A DNA stretch of 37,687 bases from Nemertoderma westbladi. Lineage: Eukaryota > Animalia > Xenacoelomorpha. Shown here piece after piece: positions 33,720 to 37,687 of this stretch. Under the pieces are notes generated by a model. It did no database searches, was not told the DNA's origin, and worked only from the letters and a program-made list of their open reading frames with translations. The translations under genes and the position numbers were made by a program. Positions within the stretch are counted from its first letter, which is position 1; each line of letters starts with the position of its first letter. Location: positions 1 to 37,687 of the forward strand of contig JAUCBJ010000849.1 of assembly GCA_032718475.1 (NCBI GenBank). The letters run 5' to 3'.

Positions 33720-35193
33720 AATAAACGTAGAACATCTATTTTTCAATATTCTCTCGCCCCTTTATTAACTTCGATGGCGCTCGGTAAATAAAATGTCTCG
33801 AGAACAATGAATAAAAGTTCTACTTTTCCCATGTAATAAATAATTATTATGAAATTAACTACACTTTATGCGCATGGTTACTATTATCAACAGAATAAGA
33901 CAACCATTTGAAATATTAGTAATAATGCCAACAATTAATTATAACATTAGCCAACAAATTTCGAAAAATTCGCAGCGCCATCTAGAGGTCCAAAATAATT
34001 TTTATAATTGTCCAATAGATATAAGATATTATTGATCGACTTTATTAATCGCTCCATAAATTAGTGGGAAGTTATTCATTCGAGTTCAATAGATAGGATA
34101 ATAGAGTTTGGTTAACTCAGTAATTACCGCACTATTTCAATATATCATGTCCACCTAACCATTTTAGCATATAAAGTGAAGGAAATAAATTATTATAGTT
34201 CTTGAATATCTATAGTGTAGTTGCCAATATAACCTGATTCAAATTTCTGAAGGAAGGTCACTGCATTACGTCACTGAATTACCAGATAGTGAATTCATTA
34301 TATGTTACATTAGCAGTAAAATAAGATATCGTGTCTGTGAGTTGAGTATCATTTTGGGTCGAGAAAACCATTGAGGTCAGTACTGTAGTAAGAGTATGCC
34401 ACTCTTGGCGATAATTGGACCAACTTCACACCTTAGGTGTTAAGTAGGTCATTAATTAATTAAACAATTAATTAATTGGTCGATTAAACAATTAATTAAT
34501 TGTTTAATCAATCGATTTGTATCAAATAATGTTGCCAAAGGCAATTTAATTTGATACAAATCAATCATATAGGGACGCGAGATGAATAAATTGTACTACA
34601 GCAAATGAAATATACAATACTGTAGGCACTATGCAATACAATATACAGTACATTTGTATTATTTTTGCCGTACAATAGGTAAAGGTAGAATGAAATATAA
34701 AGACGCGATCGGGGCCCAAAACATAAATTACCCTTTCAAGAAAATAAAATGGGCCAGTTTGGCCCTGGTTCAATCCGTCAATAATCTGTGGCCGTTTGGG
34801 CTCTTATTAGACGTAGCATGACTAATCCCATTGAATCCTATATTGAGTTATACTGCATGTCAAACAGCCTAAGAAAATTATAATAAACATCTGGTTTTGA
34901 TGAATAGATTATTCTTCTTTCACAACTCCATTCTAGTCTCCCTCTTATGCCCCCATTCCCGCTTCCATTCATTCTCTAATTTTATTTTTAAAAGTTTTAT
35001 TTATTTTCATAAAAGTTTTATTTATTTAAAATTTTGTAAAATCATTCAGCGAAAATTCATAATATCAATTGACATTGCTATATAATGCCTAGTTATGAAA
35101 GATGTTTGGTTTGTAATAAAGAAATGAGACAAGACAATCTATCTCGTCACATGGAAAGACATAGAAAGGATAAACTAATGGATCCATTACCAA
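33720..35193. repeat. Right arm of ~1.48 kb inverted duplication (partner 62-1541)
   Basis: Starts aataaacgtagaacatc = reverse complement of 1525-1541; ends ccattaccaa = reverse complement of 62-71. Confidence 0.95.
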
Positions 35194-36053
35194 AGAAATT
35201 TAAAAAATCCAAAGATATTTTTAGTGGAGAAGAAAATAAAAAGAGAGTTGAGCGTGATATATTAAAGATAAAACAGACAATGGACAATAAATTTCATAAA
35301 GTTATGAATATTTTGAAAGGGTTACAAAAACAGTTACCCCTAGAAAATGATGAGAATTTGAGTGAGAAAGATGAAGAAGAAGAGGACGATGAGATGGAGA
35401 ATGAAAATAGTGAGGATCAAGATGAAGTTGAAGAGAGTGAGGTTGAGAACGAAGTGAGTGAAGGTCATGAAGATGACGAAGAAAGTGAAGGTCAGGAAGA
35501 GGGTGAAGAAAGCGAAGGTCAGGAAGAGAATGAAGAAAATGAAGAACAGGAAGAGGATGAAGAAAGTGAAGAACAGGAAGAGGATGACGAAAGTGAAGGT
35601 CAGAAAGAGGATGAAGAAAGTGAAGGTCAGGAAGAGGACGAAGAAAGTGAAGGTCAGGAAAGTGAAGAAGATGATGAAAATGATAATAATAAGGAAATAT
35701 TGAGACAATTACTTGGAAATAAGAATAAATTGCGGAAAATTATTAAACATTTAGAAGAGAATGATGAAAATAAAGAAGAGATATTGAGACAAATATTAGG
35801 AAACAAAAATCAAATGCGGAAATTTATTAAACAAATGGAAGAAAACGAGGAAAATAGAGAAGAGATATTAAGACAGGTTTTGGGAAATAAAAGTAAATTA
35901 TTGAAAATTAATGAACAATTGAATAAAATTAAGAAACCGTTGGTTAATGAGGAAGATGAAAGTAAAGAAAATCAACCAGCTTTTACTTATTTTCGAAGAC
36001 CTATGACAGCAAACTCTCGTACAGTATTTGCCCGCGCAGGCGGACGCTATTGA
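35085..36053 (+). CDS. Hypothetical 322-aa protein: N-terminal C2H2-type zinc finger, long D/E tract, three helical repeats
   Basis: CLVC-x11-HMERH; ESEGQEEDE-type 27-bp repeats; three (N)KEEILRQxLGNK repeats; 969-nt open frame in AT-rich DNA. Confidence 0.7.
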   Translation: MPSYERCLVCNKEMRQDNLSRHMERHRKDKLMDPLPKKFKKSKDIFSGEENKKRVERDILKIKQTMDNKFHKVMNILKGLQKQLPLENDENLSEKDEEEEDDEMENENSEDQDEVEESEVENEVSEGHEDDEESEGQEEGEESEGQEENEENEEQEEDEESEEQEEDDESEGQKEDEESEGQEEDEESEGQESEEDDENDNNKEILRQLLGNKNKLRKIIKHLEENDENKEEILRQILGNKNQMRKFIKQMEENEENREEILRQVLGNKSKLLKINEQLNKIKKPLVNEEDESKENQPAFTYFRRPMTANSRTVFARAGGRY

Positions 36054-36428
36054 CATTTGTTTGTTTGAGTTCCTTTCATAATAGTATTAGGACTATTTAT
36101 CCATAACAATTATATTGGTATTAGGAGTATTTATCCTTAATTATTATTAGTATTATAAATGTATTTGCCAACAATATTTATTGCTATTAGGTCTATTTAT
36201 TCAAGAAATTATATGTTTTTTATAATATATTTTGGAAAATTAGCCGACTAAGTCATAATTTTTAAAACTTTAAATAAGGGTGGAGTTATTTTATAAAGTT
36301 AAGAAGAGTGAATCAATGGAGGCAACATGAAGTCTAATCTCTTGCCCTTTACTCATAAGACCGCACATTAACTCCCAAGGTTGCATACTATCACTATAGC
36401 TGGGAGAGTCAAAGCTAGTGTACAGGAA

Positions 36429-37687
36429 TGAGGAAGTGAGGGAGTGAGGGAGTGAGGGAAGTGAGGGAAGTGAGGGAAGTGAGGGAAGTGAGGGAAGTGA
36501 GGGAAGTGAGGGAAGTGAGGGAAGTGAGGGAAGTGAGGGAAGTGAGGGAGTGGAGTGAGGGAAGTGAGGGAGTGAGGGAAGTGAGGGAAGTGAGGGAAGT
36601 GAGGACAGTGAGGGAAGTGAGGGAGTGAGTGAGGCACTTCCCTCACTTCCTTCACTCCCTCACTCACTCCCTCACTTCCCTCACTTCCCGCACTTCCCTC
36701 ACTGCCTCACTTCCCTCACTTCCCTCACTTCCCTCACTCCCTCACTCACTCCCTCACTTCCCTCACTTCCCTCACTCCCCTCACTTCCCTCACTTCCCTC
36801 ACTTCCCTCACTTCCCTCACTTCCCTCACTTCCCTCACTTCCCTCACTTCCCTCACTCCCTCACTCACTCCCTCACTTCCCTCACTTCCCTCACTCCCCT
36901 CACTTCCCTCACTCCCCTCACTTCCCTCACTTCCCTCACTTCCCTCACTTCCCTCACTTCCCTCACTTCCCTCACTCCCTCACTCACTCCCCTCACTTCC
37001 CTCACTTCCCTCACTTCCCTCACTTCCCTCACTGCCTCACTTCCCTCACTTCCCTCACTTCCCTCACTCCCCCCCACTTCCCTCACTTCCCTCACTTCCC
37101 TCACTTCCCTTACTTCCCTCACTTACTCCCTCACTTCCCTCACTTCCCTCACTTCCCTCACTTCCCTCACTTCCCTCACTTCCCTCACTCCCTCACTTCC
37201 CTCACTTCCCTCACTTCCCTCACTTCCCTCACTCCCTCACTTCCCTCACTTCCCTCACTTCCCTCACTTCCCTCCACTTCCCTCACTTCCCTCACTTCCC
37301 TCACTCCCTCACTTCCCATCACTTCCCTCACTTCCCTCACTTCCCTCACTTCCCTCACTTCCCTCACTTCCCTCACTTCCCTCACTTCCCCTCACTCCCC
37401 TCACTTCCCTCACTTCCCTCACTTCCCTCACTCCCTCACTCACTCCCTCACTTCCCTCACTCCCCTCACTTCCCTCACTTCCCTCACTTCCCTCACTTCC
37501 CTCACTGCCTCACTTCCCTCACTTCCCTCACTTCCCTCACTTCCCTCACTTCCCTCACTTCCCTCACTCCCCTCACTTCCCTCTCTTCCCTCACTTCCCT
37601 CACTTCCCTCACTTCCCTCACTTCCCTCACTCCCCTCACTTCCCTCACTTCCCTCACTTCCCTCACTCACTCCCTCCCTTCCCTCAC
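36429..37687. repeat. 9-bp satellite: (GAGGGAAGT)n 36429-36634 then (ACTTCCCTC)n 36635 to window end
   Basis: Direct reading; variant units ACTCCCTC, ACTCCCCTC, ACTC, ACTGCCTC. Confidence 0.97.

Noticed and set aside
62-35193. Calling the inverted-arm block a Polinton/Maverick or autonomous giant transposon
   Set aside because: No pPolB, ATPase, capsid or transposase; no terminal motif or TSD; the arm end cuts through an ORF.
35340-35708. Hydrophobic antisense and Lys-rich alternative-frame ORFs
   Set aside because: Alternative readings of the GAA/GAT acidic repeat.
36368-37670. ORFs with PHF/EVR/SEG repeats
   Set aside because: Translations of the stop-free 9-bp satellite.

Overview
AT-rich animal (probably invertebrate) genomic DNA, repeat-rich and rearranged; the ORF track's GTG/TTG starts are not meaningful here. 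A ~10 kb unit is tandemly duplicated: copy A 883-10868, copy B 10869-33686 (B is ~12.8 kb longer from TE content), plus a 15-bp stub of a third copy. The whole is bracketed by ~1.48 kb inverted arms (62-1541 / 33720-35193). Each unit carries (i) an intact single-ORF TRIM E3-ligase gene (RING, two B-boxes, coiled coil, probable beta-propeller), near-identical between copies except for hypervariable C-terminal loops, and (ii) a decayed Ty3/Gypsy LTR+gag fused in frame to the last three spliced exons of a kinectin/RRBP1-like gene. Copy B also holds an RT-deleted Ty3/Gypsy element, two hAT-like non-autonomous elements, a tRNA-derived SINE with a 63-bp array, and RTE-like LINE pieces. The window ends with an acidic C2H2 zinc-finger ORF and a 9-bp (GAGGGAAGT)n/(ACTTCCCTC)n satellite that flips orientation. 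All family assignments are by recalled motifs and manual alignment; no searches were run.
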